From Chrysomallon squamiferum (Eukaryota > Animalia > Mollusca): DNA of 64,000 nucleotides. Positions 53,244-64,000 of this stretch are shown in pieces (position 1 is the first letter of the stretch; every line of letters begins with the position of its first letter). The DNA lies in the NCBI GenBank assembly GCA_012295275.1, contig CM022665.1, forward strand, positions 41,540,001 to 41,604,000, in the 5' to 3' direction. Under the pieces are notes generated by a model. It made no database searches. It saw nothing but the letters and a program-made list of their open reading frames with translations, and was not told the origin of the DNA. Both the position numbers and the translations under genes were made by a program.

Positions 53244-56200
53244 TCACAACATTGAGGTCAAAGGTCGTTTCCCTGGGTTACTGTCTTCACTTCTCCACAT
53301 CTGTATTATAGTCTTTATCTGGGTGTAAAAACTGATTCCCTGAAAATGTTGATAAAAAAAGAATATATATATATATTTTAAATTTTTTAAATTCACAGCA
53401 ACAGAAATGCATTCCAAAAAAGTCAGAGGTTTTGAAGGTTTTGTGTTAATAACCTGAAAAGAAATATTTTTTTTGTTGAAAATCAACTCTTGTATTTTTC
53501 CCTAATGTCATCTACACCAATCTATTATTATAATTAAACCAAAATTTACTGCAGTAAATTTTTTTGAAAGCTGACCATTTGTATTACTTTCTTTATCTGC
53601 TTCCCTGAACATGTTGAGGAAAATGAAAGATAAATATTAAAAAAATTAACTTAGTGAATAAAATGAAAATACCTGTTTTCCATAGAAGTTTGTGTCTCCT
53701 CTGAAGGAAGCTCGTGATCCAGTGAAAGAAAACATGGGCAAAGGAACTGGAATTGGTACATTAATGCCCACCTGAAAAAATTAAATAAAATTTATAAATA
53801 ATAATCATTAGTGGAAACATTCAATACTATTAATGTTAGGTCTTATTTACAAAAATTTAAAGAGGAATTATTATTTAATACAAAATCTTATTTTTTTCTT
53901 TTCAAAGAAAAATAATCCACACACAACAACAAATAACTGTCTGAAAACATGGGCAGATGAACTGGAATTGCTACATTAATTACCTGAAAATTTAATTTTT
54001 TTTTATAAATAATAATCATTAGTGGAAATATTCAGTACTATTGATGTTGGGTCCTATCTTAAACTTACAAAACTTTTAAGGTTTATAAGGTGTATTTTAC
54101 TTTTCAAAGAAAAATAATCCACAAACATCATAAATAACTATCTGTACAATATATTCACACAAATAACCATGCTGTTTAAAACTGTGGTGGTTGTTCATTT
54201 CATATGTATAATAAATTTTCATTTACATTTAGATGGGAATATCTGTTGTAGCAACAATATTTAAGATGACCAGTAATTTTGCCTAATTTTAAATTTTAAT
54301 TTTAATTCACTGGTCCTCTTAACACTCCATAATTCACAGGGCAGAAAAATTAAAATATTTACATATAAAGACAGAAAAGTGATATAAAATGAACACTGAT
54401 GTTTTTTCACTGTTTTTGTTTTAAAAATTTAAGAAACAAATAAAGGAATATAGCTGGACTGAAATGAATACAAAAGTAGCAACTAGCAGCAGCAGAAGGA
54501 GGCATTCTATGGTGAACTAACACACCACCTACAACGAAAGAAGGTAAAATAATAGAAGATTTTAATTTCTTAATAAAAACATCAATTATAAAATACCTGT
54601 CCCACATCACTTTCCATAGCATATTTCCTCGCTGTTGCCCCGTTTGTTGTAAAAATGGCAGTTCCATTTCCATATGGATTTGAATTGACCAGTGCAATAG
54701 CATCATCCAGAGTGTCCACTTCCAAACAAATAAGAACTGGTCCAAAGATTTCTTCTGTGTAGCACCTCATGCGAGGCTGAATTAAGAGAGACCAGATAAT
54801 TAAGACAAAAAAACAACAACATTATAATAGTAATATAAACTTTTTTGATATAATTTGAATTTTGCAGAGTTTATCAAAGCAGACTATGCATATTTTTAAA
54901 ATATTGGAAAAGTAAATGGATACTATCGTTTTTAAAAATAATTGCAGCATATTTCTGTGTTTTATAATTGTGATCTCCGGAGTACATCATAAATGTTTAT
55001 TTTTGACTTCACACTAACCTTGACTTTGTTCAGAATTGTTGGGCCAACAAAGTTTCCATTTTCATAACCCTTAACAGTGAGACCTCTACCATCCAGTAGC
55101 ATCTCTGCTCCTTCATCTACCCCTGACTGAATAAGATCACAGACTCTCTGTTTGGCCTGGGGTGAGATCAGAGGTCCAAGATCAGCATTAGGTTCATGTC
55201 CTGTTACAATATTAAAGAAAGCATAAACTTGTAAAACATGTTTGAATACATTCATGAAATATGATTCATCATTACCATTATCAGTTATTGTTGTTTTGTT
55301 TATGATATTGTTGTTGTTGTTGCTACATAAAAGATTATTAAAATATAAATAGCTCCTACCCATCCTTCACACACTGAATTTTAATTTGTTCAGTTAAACT
55401 TGACATTTAAATCTAATCTGACTAAAAACTTATGAATTTGGATTTATAATTGTGGAGATAAAAAAAAAATAGTTTTCATAACCTGCATTAACTTTTAGCT
55501 TTTTTGATCTTTCCACTAACTCAGGGATCCATTTCTTAGAATCCCCAACAAACACTGCAGTGGACAAAGCCATACATCTTTGACCTGCTGCTCCAAATGC
55601 AGCTCCAACAAGCTGTAAAGAAATCAAAATCTTTACATAAACACACATATTCATACACATATATTACATGCCCACATACACACACACACACACACACACA
55701 CTCTCTCTCTATACATATACTATATATACACAGATGGATTATTAATGTCCAAAATAACTGAAGTTATGTAAACATAAAAGATACTCTCTTGTCATCAGCT
55801 ATTTTTTTTAAAGACTTTTTTTTATATGATTATATTTTTTGAATAATACCTTTGACAGTATAAAACATAACCTAAACAATCTTTATTTATGATCATTTTA
55901 CAAATCTTTATTAACAGTAAAGTACAAGAACAAAATAACAAGCCCACAGAAATGCCTCTTGGCTGCTATGTTGTTATTTAACAAATGTAGATAGATTTTG
56001 TATTCAGAATTTCATTGTTAAATAAATTAGTGTTCATATCACTCACCTGAGTTAAGGTGCTTTCCTTGTTTGCATCAGGCATTATTATCCCATGATTCTT
56101 AGCTCCCTGTAAGAGTGTAGAGTAAACACAGTCACATTTGTCATTCAAAATAATTTGAATTAAAAAAGTAAACAAACAACATAGACACACGTTCTCTGTA

Positions 56201-58717
56201 TATATTACATGATGGGTTATTAATGTCCTAAATAATTTTAAATTCCACTAAAGTCAGAACAGAGGTTCTACTAATTTTACATCAAACTCAATTCCATATG
56301 TATCAAAAACAAAAAAGAAGAAAAAAGATTATTTTGCTTATTAATATGCAAAAAATAATTCCATATATATCAAAAAAAAGAAGAAAAAAAAGAAGATTAT
56401 TTTGCTTATTAATATGCAAAAAATAGCATTCACTTAGAAAAACTATTTCATACCAAGTGAAATTAATTATCAGTTACAAACAGTTTCAATAATTATTAGT
56501 TACCATGTTGGACTGAACTCTTTTTCCAGCTTTAGATCCTTTTTCATAAATGTACTTACCCTAAATCATGAAATAAAAGAAAAACAATTAATTTCAACAA
56601 TGGACTGGTGTTTGCAAACAACACACATGCACACAGTGTATCACAAAAAATATACACAGGTACATCTAACTTCGTAAGGTATCATTTCAAAACACAAACA
56701 AAATGTTTTTTTGTTTTTTTTTTTCTATTTTTGAAAATTTTAAAATCAGATGAATAAAAATTACTATACACACAGTTGTACATAAATGTAAATTAAAAGA
56801 TAATTTTTGATAAAATGTTATTAAAACAACATCATAAATACACTGAAACAGAAGACAGATTTCATTTATTACTATCAAGACTTTCACAAAGAAATTTAAC
56901 TCTCTGTTTTATATTACAATTATTTAAACAAATATGAACAACAAAAAATCAGAGCTACTCACAACTTGATCTGATCCTACAAATGAAATGGCTTTGATGT
57001 CTGGATGATCACAGATAAAATTTACAGCTGAAAAATAAACATATTAATTTTTGTTAAAGTGTGCCTGTGTACTAATAAAAGGTATAATAAAATATTTCAT
57101 CCTTCCAAGTTATTAACTTCATGGTTTTGGGGCAACTTATCATTGCTACTGTTTTTCCCTTTCACAAACAGAAAATCATTACATATAGCATGCAAAAGAT
57201 AGCTGTATTTTTTCTGTGAAACTACAGCAACTTCTGAGCTAAAGAAAATAAAACAATTAAAGAATCCCTCCAATTATTATGACATATTATTCTAAGATGT
57301 TTGTAAGAAACAACATAGCTTTTTGTTGCTTCAAGCTATATTTGAAGTTTCTTTTGAATTATTAAATTAAATATTAATTTATAAATTACCAAAAAAAAAA
57401 TCTTCAATATAGTTTGTATTACAATACAAATCTCAGAAACTTTACATTTAGTTCAAGACAATTTGCTTAAAATAGTTTATAAAAATATTTGTCATTTGAA
57501 AAGAAAATGTGAAACGTAAATAATATCTATGGTGTATTATTATGCAAGTGAAACTGATAATATGGGTTTTTCCAGACTTGCTATATAATTCTGATATTTT
57601 ATTACTAGCAAAGATTGATCTCTAGGGATAACCAACCATTTGCAAGTATATTAATAGTTTTTAAACCTTTTGCTAACAATATGGATTTTGATGATAACAA
57701 AATGTATATGAATGAAATGGCTACCATCATGTTTTCCATGAATAACATTAACAACTCCATTAGGAAAACCAGCTTCTTTAGCTAGAGCCATCAATATCAT
57801 AACAGACCCTGGATCTCTCTCTGAAGGTTTTATAACAGAAGTGTTACCAACAACTGTTGCCACTGGAAACATCTGCAATTAGATACTATTTGGATTAGCT
57901 ATTTACATAATTACGTAGCAAATTTGAATATTATAGAATAAACAGGACATCCAAATGACACCTTTTATTATGTAATCAACATAGCAGGTGTAATTATTAT
58001 TCAAATTAAAAATGAAAGACATTTAAACATTTTTATTTTAATGAATGTAATGAATGGATATATAAAGAATAATAGACTATTCTCATCAGTTTTGAGAAAA
58101 TTTTGGTATAGTTGGAATATTTTTTTTTAGGTCCCATTTCAATTTAATATATCAACAAAACATTTTTCTTTGCTTTTTACCTCCAATTTTCTGCTTTTTC
58201 CTTACTGACAGAAAAAATCAATTTTGTTAATTTTTATTTTACTTTTCAGTTAAACATTTCTACATTTAAAACACTGCCTAACAAAGCATTAATTTTGTTA
58301 ATTTTTATTTTATTTTTCAGTTAAACATTTCTACATTTCTGACACTGCCTAACAAAGCATTAATTTTGTTAATTTTTATTTTATTTTTCAGTTAAACATT
58401 TCTACATTTCTGACACTGACTAACAAAGCATTAGTTTTGTTTTTCATCAAATTTTCTACAAATACTGGCTAACAATTACTGTTCAGACATACAGAAATGT
58501 GTTTATTTTTGTTACCCAGAGAGGAATCATGGCTGGAAAGTTGAAAGGTGTGATGCCAGCAGTGACTCCCAGTGGCATACGAAAAGTTAAAGTGTCCATG
58601 TCTTTGGCAACTCCATACAATGACTCTCCCAGCTGCAGATTGGTGATACTACAACAGTGTTCCACAACCTCTGTCATAAATAAATAAATAAATAAACAAA
58701 CAAATAATAATGATATG

Positions 58718-58763
<46 letters not shown>

Positions 58764-60123
58764 GTAGTAGTAGTAGTAGTAGTAATAAAATTAAAAAATA
58801 ATCTAAATATAAGGAATAAAATACCATGGTTAATTTTTAATAAATAAAAAACCCACAAAAAAAAACACAAAACAAACAATGAATATAAAAATAAAAAAAA
58901 AAGTAAATTGTCTGAATATAAAATAAGTATTTGACAGAGTATCTTTGGGATTACATTTTATTAAATAATTCATCATTCTTCATATAAATTTTAAAAAAAG
59001 ATAGGAAAAAAGATTAAAACAAATTTGCAAAAAAACCCAAGAACAACAATACCAATAAATTAATTAAAAAATAAAAATAAAGATTTTAATAAAAAAAATT
59101 TGCAAAGGAAAATAAACTAGATTTTATTGATATTGTCTTAGTAAGTTTATGTATCAAGATTATTTTCACAAATACTGAATTAAAAACAAAGATTCTAAAT
59201 ATACAGAACTTCAGTTCTAAATTTAAAATATCTGATATTTTAAGAGCACATTTTAAAAACACTTACGTAATCCTCTCATAACATCACCACGAGCATCTGC
59301 TAGAGTTTTACCTTGTTCTGTTGTGATGGTCCTAGCAATGACATCCTGAAAAATTATAAATTTATAATTATGAAATAAGGAATATTAAGGTTTAGGTTTA
59401 TACGGAGGAGAACATCAAATACATTTAAATTATTAAAAAAATTCTAAAATTTTATAATATATACACGAATGTTTAACTTTATAAGGTATCACTTCAAAAC
59501 AAAAACAATTTTTTTTTATTTTTTTATTAAAATTCCTATATACCCAATTCTATATAAATATAAAACGAAAGACACTTTTTGATAAAATGCTCTTTCAGCA
59601 ACATATTTAGGTATTTTTTACAATGCCAACCGTTTATATTAAAAATGAAAAAAAAAAAAAAAAGTAATAAAAAAAAAAAAAAAAATAATAATAATAATGA
59701 TGATGATAATAATAATAATAGAGAGAAACAACATGAATATGGACATGAAAGGGATATTAAATAATATATACCAAATTCTAAATGAATGTTTACAAACCAT
59801 ATTTTCTTTAATAAGCTGCTGAAACTTGAACATGATTTGTTGTCTTTTAAGCACTGTTGTTTTCGACCAGCTTTTGTAAGCCTCTTTAGCAGCAGCTACT
59901 GCAGCTTCCATCTCATCCCTAGTACTTTCTGGAACACGAGTCACTACTTGATTTGTAGCCTGGAAATGGCATCAAAAACATTTTTTTTTTTTTTTTAATG
60001 TTAATTTTGGTTTAGAAATTACAAAGTATAAAAATTCTAAGTAACTGTACTGGTAAATTAGTTTATTTTAATATAATGAGTGAAATCTGGAATTTGGAAA
60101 CAATGGGTTATTTTATTAGAATT

Positions 60124-60167
<44 letters not shown>

Positions 60168-61050
60168 GATATTACGTTTAAAAATCTAAGGAATATTTTA
60201 AACTTATAAGAAATTTATAAAATTAACTGTATTGTAAATTAATATAATACAATATATTTGATAATAATAAAATATACTTACAGGATTATGAAGATCAATC
60301 CATTTATTTGTTTTAGATGCAACAAATTCTCCATTAATAAAATTCTTTGTTGTTGGCTAAAGAAAAGAAAAAAGAAAAGAAAAAAAGTCATATACTTTTA
60401 ATAAACTGATCATTCTGTTCAAAAAATTAAATATAATATCAACGGATGTATGTAAATAAAAGTAAAATAAATGTTCATTTATCCAAAATTAGATTTTTCC
60501 TGCAACTATGATAAAAAGTAAACTGTAAAGTCGTATTTTGTTTTAACTATCTTGTCAAAAATAACAGGTACAGGTGAATCCAACAGGCAATATGTAAATA
60601 TTAATTGTTTTACAAATATGTCCTTATGCATCACAGATACGCATATTTGCAAACATGCTAACATATATGCATCTACGAATTAACACATATACATTTAAAT
60701 CTATCAAAAATAATGGACTTCTGTGTTATTTATATTATTATTATTGTTACTGCTGTTCTCTTTATGAATTTGTTGGCATAACTATAATATAGTCAATTAA
60801 ATAATCTCTTATGTAAACCTAAATATAATTAATAATTATTAAACAGGACAGCAGCAGGTTCAGCAAGTTCAGAAGGTTCAGAAGCTGCGAAATTATGTCG
60901 ACTTAACCTGTTTTTATTTTTTTAAATCATTTTCGATTCGTATGTTAACTAGGAGAATTATCTAAACATTATATGTGATGAATTAAAATTATGCTATTTT
61001 GTTTTATTCCATACCTGTGACAATGTACTGAATCGTAAAGCGGACGACAT
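53244..61050 (-). CDS. ALDH6A1: Methylmalonate-semialdehyde dehydrogenase (acylating), copy A, about 507 aa, lacking the presequence exon 2
   Basis: Exons 61050-61015, 60356-60282, 59959-59798, 59345-59267, 58670-58516, 57872-57725, 57027-56963, 56560-56504, 56106-56047, 55612-55483, 55200-55019, 54776-54597, 53771-53673 and 53339-53244 sum to 1524 nt in frame. Motifs: [29 protein letters not shown], catalytic [27 protein letters not shown] and [11 protein letters not shown]. Confidence 0.95.
53944..54140 (-). pseudogene. Decayed tandem duplicate of the acceptor and 5' half of the penultimate ALDH6A1 exon (pseudo-exon)
   Basis: Positions 53944-54140 align with about 53729-53938. The copy reads [14 protein letters not shown] against the real [15 protein letters not shown] and keeps its TTTCAG acceptor. 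Confidence 0.8.
58220..58432. repeat. 71-bp tandem repeat x3 in an ALDH6A1 intron
   Basis: Near-identical units start at 58220, 58291 and 58362. Confidence 0.9.
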
Positions 61051-61765
61051 ATCGTCTTTGATACCTAAAGTTGCCTGCACCGCCGCTGGTAGTATCAAAT
61101 AATGTCAATGTTTTCGGTGTCATAAACACTTTTATAGGTCAAGGTCTGCATAACCTTTCGAAAATATTACGATTAAATTATTTTTCATTCGTTTTGCTTA
61201 GATAACAATATTTTCAGCAAAACGTTTACAGCGTGCTAAATTATCATAAAATGACCAGTTATAATAGAATGACAAATACTAGTGAATATAATATAAATTT
61301 TAATTACAAATATATAGATGTTTTATTTTATTTTATTATGTTTTACAAAAATAATTGGCGATGTATTTCTTAACGAAAAAATATTTTCAGTGTTAACTTT
61401 TTAGTTCTATTAAAAATTTAAAGTATTCTTTGGAAAACTGAAACCAGTCTATGAGGAACAATAGTACAGAGGACACAGTAATTTCGAAATAAACATAATG
61501 TTAATGGGAAGTAAATTAAACTCAAAATCTGTCTATGTATATGTTGTGAAGAAAATTGGGTTATTTGGGCAGACGTTATGACACTTGTCATACATGAAGC
61601 GCACCAACCTAGTTTTTTAAAATAGACCGTTAATAATCCAGTATATAAGAGAATCTAAAGCGTAATTTCCAGCAGGATCACATTTTACGTTCCACGCTTT
61701 GTGGCACTGTTCGGTTGTGTCAAGGACGAGCTTATCCTTCTGCTTCTGATACCAACTTTGCAGAT

Positions 61766-62114
61766 ATGTCGTCGGTTTTACGATTTGCTGTTCTAAGACA
61801 GGTACGACAGTAAATTTAATGAGCACATTAGTTTTTAATGACAGTTGTCCCGCAGTGATTGCAGGGGCAAGTTAATCTATTTTTAATACTTCTTGAGGAT
61901 GCATTTATGTAAATTGTGTTGCCCCGGATCGATTTATTCTGTGACGTTGAAGTATAGATGCAAAAACAGAATTATAAGTAGCTGTGCACATTTTACCCAT
62001 CATTATTAATATTACAATAATCTGATTTTATTATTATATTTTGTATTTATTTAATTTTTGTTTCAGATTATAACCAGACCTACTCTTACAAGATGCTATG
62101 CTTCAAGTTCAGCT
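61766..62114 (+). CDS. ALDH6A1: ALDH6A1 copy B, exons 1-2 (mitochondrial presequence); remainder not in window
   Basis: Exon 1 (61766-61801, MSSVLRFAVLRQ|gtacga) has the same 36-nt length as copy A exon 1 ([12 protein letters not shown]) and matches it at 8 of 12 residues. Exon 2 (62067-62114, tttcag|IITRPTLTRCYASSSA|gtaagt) is phase 0-0. Confidence 0.8.
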
Positions 62115-62649
62115 GTAAGTGTCACATTATTGCAGATTTTTCTCTTAATACTAATAATAGGTAGCGGCAGATAGATACGTTTCAGCCAGTCAGTCTGCAA
62201 AATGGGTTGTTTTTAACATCTTTTAACTTGCCTTACAGACAACCTGTAACATTATGAATTGCAAGAAAATTAAGATGAAGATTTGCTCTTGAACTGTGTT
62301 TTTATTTGATCATGATTGGGTCAGTGAATTTGTACTCTGCATTTAAAAAACATGACAATTTAATTGCGGCTGGCACAGCGTGATTTTCGAGCAGTGAAAA
62401 CGGTACTCCACCTTCTTAGGGTTGGTTCCCTGTGGCTGATTTTAGCACCAAATTTAATCTCCCACGTGTTAACTTAAAACGTATAAAAGTTCCCTGGGTG
62501 TAATATTTTTTGTTTAGCCACAATATAGATTTAAGAAATGCACATCCGTGAAAATAACACCTTTTCTGCCATTAACATCTGATTAACTAAAACCTGAATG
62601 ATCAATTCTGGATGCTAGGTCATTGAGTAAGACATTGTAGGCCTACATG

Positions 62650-63690
62650 TATGCATAAAGTTCACATAAATTTGAGAGAACTAGGTGTTTCTGATGCTTA
62701 ACCTTCTCACCATCTTTGTTTCGAAAGCTTACTGTATCCTTCATTCCTGGACATTCTACTGTTCTTGTCATTTTCATAAAATTGGACTATTTCCTCCTTC
62801 AAGTTCATTTGACAGAACTTTCCCTTGTTTCTTATCACAGAGGGATAAAACCCATTTCTCTTTCTCCAATGCATGGCTTTTTTTCACAAGGTAATTCGTT
62901 TTTTCAAATTCAGTCATTGTCCTTTCAGTGGTAAAGGGTGACAAAGTCAAGATTTGCACACACTCTGGGTAGGATTCAGACTTGTTGAATTTCTCTTTTA
63001 ACTCCTCCAACATGTTCCTGAAAAAATGAAGGTCCGATTTTTCTGATGAGTCAAGGTCACTTTCAGGAGAATGAAGTGGAAAATCCTAGACTGTTTCAAG
63101 ATGTTGTTTTAATGTTACTGTAGCTGATGCTAGTTTTTTCTGTCCTTTCAATCATTTACTGGAACGTGCTAGTGAATGGAGTTCAACAGGAGTTTCGCCT
63201 AAACTTGACAGGATAGAAGTCAAATCAAAGTCTTTTCTGGGGAAACAACAATTGGCAGTTTGTGTGGCAAGTTATCATCAAATTCACCCATTGTAATACC
63301 ACCCATACTAAAGCCGTCCTCTGCAGGGGTTTGGACCTTTGATTTCTGAAGGCTAATCAAACAGTCACAGCACAACTTGTCTCTTGGCACTAGTGTCTTT
63401 GGATTTACTAAGCATTTGTAAGTGCCCATGCTAACAATTCTTAAAGATCTAGTGTGTGCTTGCTTAGGATGGTGATTAAGGGATGCATGCTTGCTTAGGA
63501 TGTCATTCACAACACTTTTTCCACAATGTTGAAAACTTGATTAAAAGTTCTTGTTCATGATGTGAACAGATACTCTTGATGTCCCGTGTTTTGATCCCAC
63601 TTTGAAGAGTGAGGAGTTCAACTTCCTCAATTTTTCCGTACACTTCGCAACAACTCCTTTTTGGCATGATGGTGTTGATAAGACACATTT
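62650..63690 (-). mobile_element. Decayed DNA-transposon transposase fragment, Sola (Sola2)-like
   Basis: Broken frames read ICSHHEQELLIKFSTLWKKCC..SLRIVS..LVPRDKLCCDC, LKEKFNKS..VQILTLSP..EF..TNYLVKKS..EKEK and FYENDKNSR.CPGMKDTVS..KHQKHLVLSNLCELY. The family assignment comes from recalled motif patterns only. Confidence 0.55.
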
Positions 63691-64000
63691 TCAGGAGAGT
63701 AAAAGCTGCAGTTAGCCCTGGAAGAAATAAGGAGTTTCAGTATTGCCTGCACCTTCAATTCAATAGAACAAAGTCAGTGCTTTCCTAAATATCAAATCAA
63801 ACCCTGAAACCCTTTCAGTAAAGATAAGCAGGACATAAAATGGCAGCAGAGTACATGTGTCATTGCCGAAGGCCCACAAGCCTTGGGCATTTAGGTCAAA
63901 CTTTTCAAGTATAAATCACAGTTTATCAAGGTGAAGGTAGACCTTGTTCATATTCTGTGCTGAAGACTGGGTGTACAAATACATTATGCAGTACATCACT

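Noticed and set aside
56291-56425. Short intronic tandem duplications (also about 1490-1800, 12268-12345 and 39915-40080)
   Set aside because: They are ordinary AT-rich slippage duplications with no coding or structural signal.
60845-60907. Coding-looking stretch [20 protein letters not shown] as a possible exon 2 of ALDH6A1 copy A
   Set aside because: The available acceptors give stops in the required phase 0 (GTT AAG TCG ACA TAA; ATG ATT TAA) and there is no good donor. It could be a relic or hide a homopolymer error, so reads should be checked.
61617-61826. 69-aa minus-strand ORF
   Set aside because: It is antisense to ALDH6A1 copy B exon 1 and its 5' region, with no recognisable motif.

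Overview
AT-rich, intron-rich animal genomic DNA. The gene content and repeat style suggest an invertebrate, possibly a mollusc; this is inference only. I assembled exons by hand from splice signals and reading frame. The genes in order are: ARL2 (-, last exon outside the window, intron 1 U12-type), head-to-head with an RPS6KC1/SNX15-family PX-MIT-pseudokinase gene (+, about 1224 aa); legumain LGMN (-, about 435 aa), head-to-head with TEX30 (+); APLF (+, about 741 aa); ALDH6A1 copy A (-, about 507 aa); and the first two exons of a second ALDH6A1 copy B (+), head-to-head with copy A. The window also holds decayed Tc1/mariner and Sola-like transposase remnants, a MITE and many tandem repeats. 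Two observations stand out. (1) Legumain has two intact, diverged 76-nt copies of the exon carrying its catalytic His, and they can only be used mutually exclusively, which gives a splice switch on the active site. (2) The ALDH6A1 inverted duplicates differ in targeting signals: copy B keeps the full mitochondrial presequence, while copy A lacks the presequence exon and ends in a PTS1-like tail.
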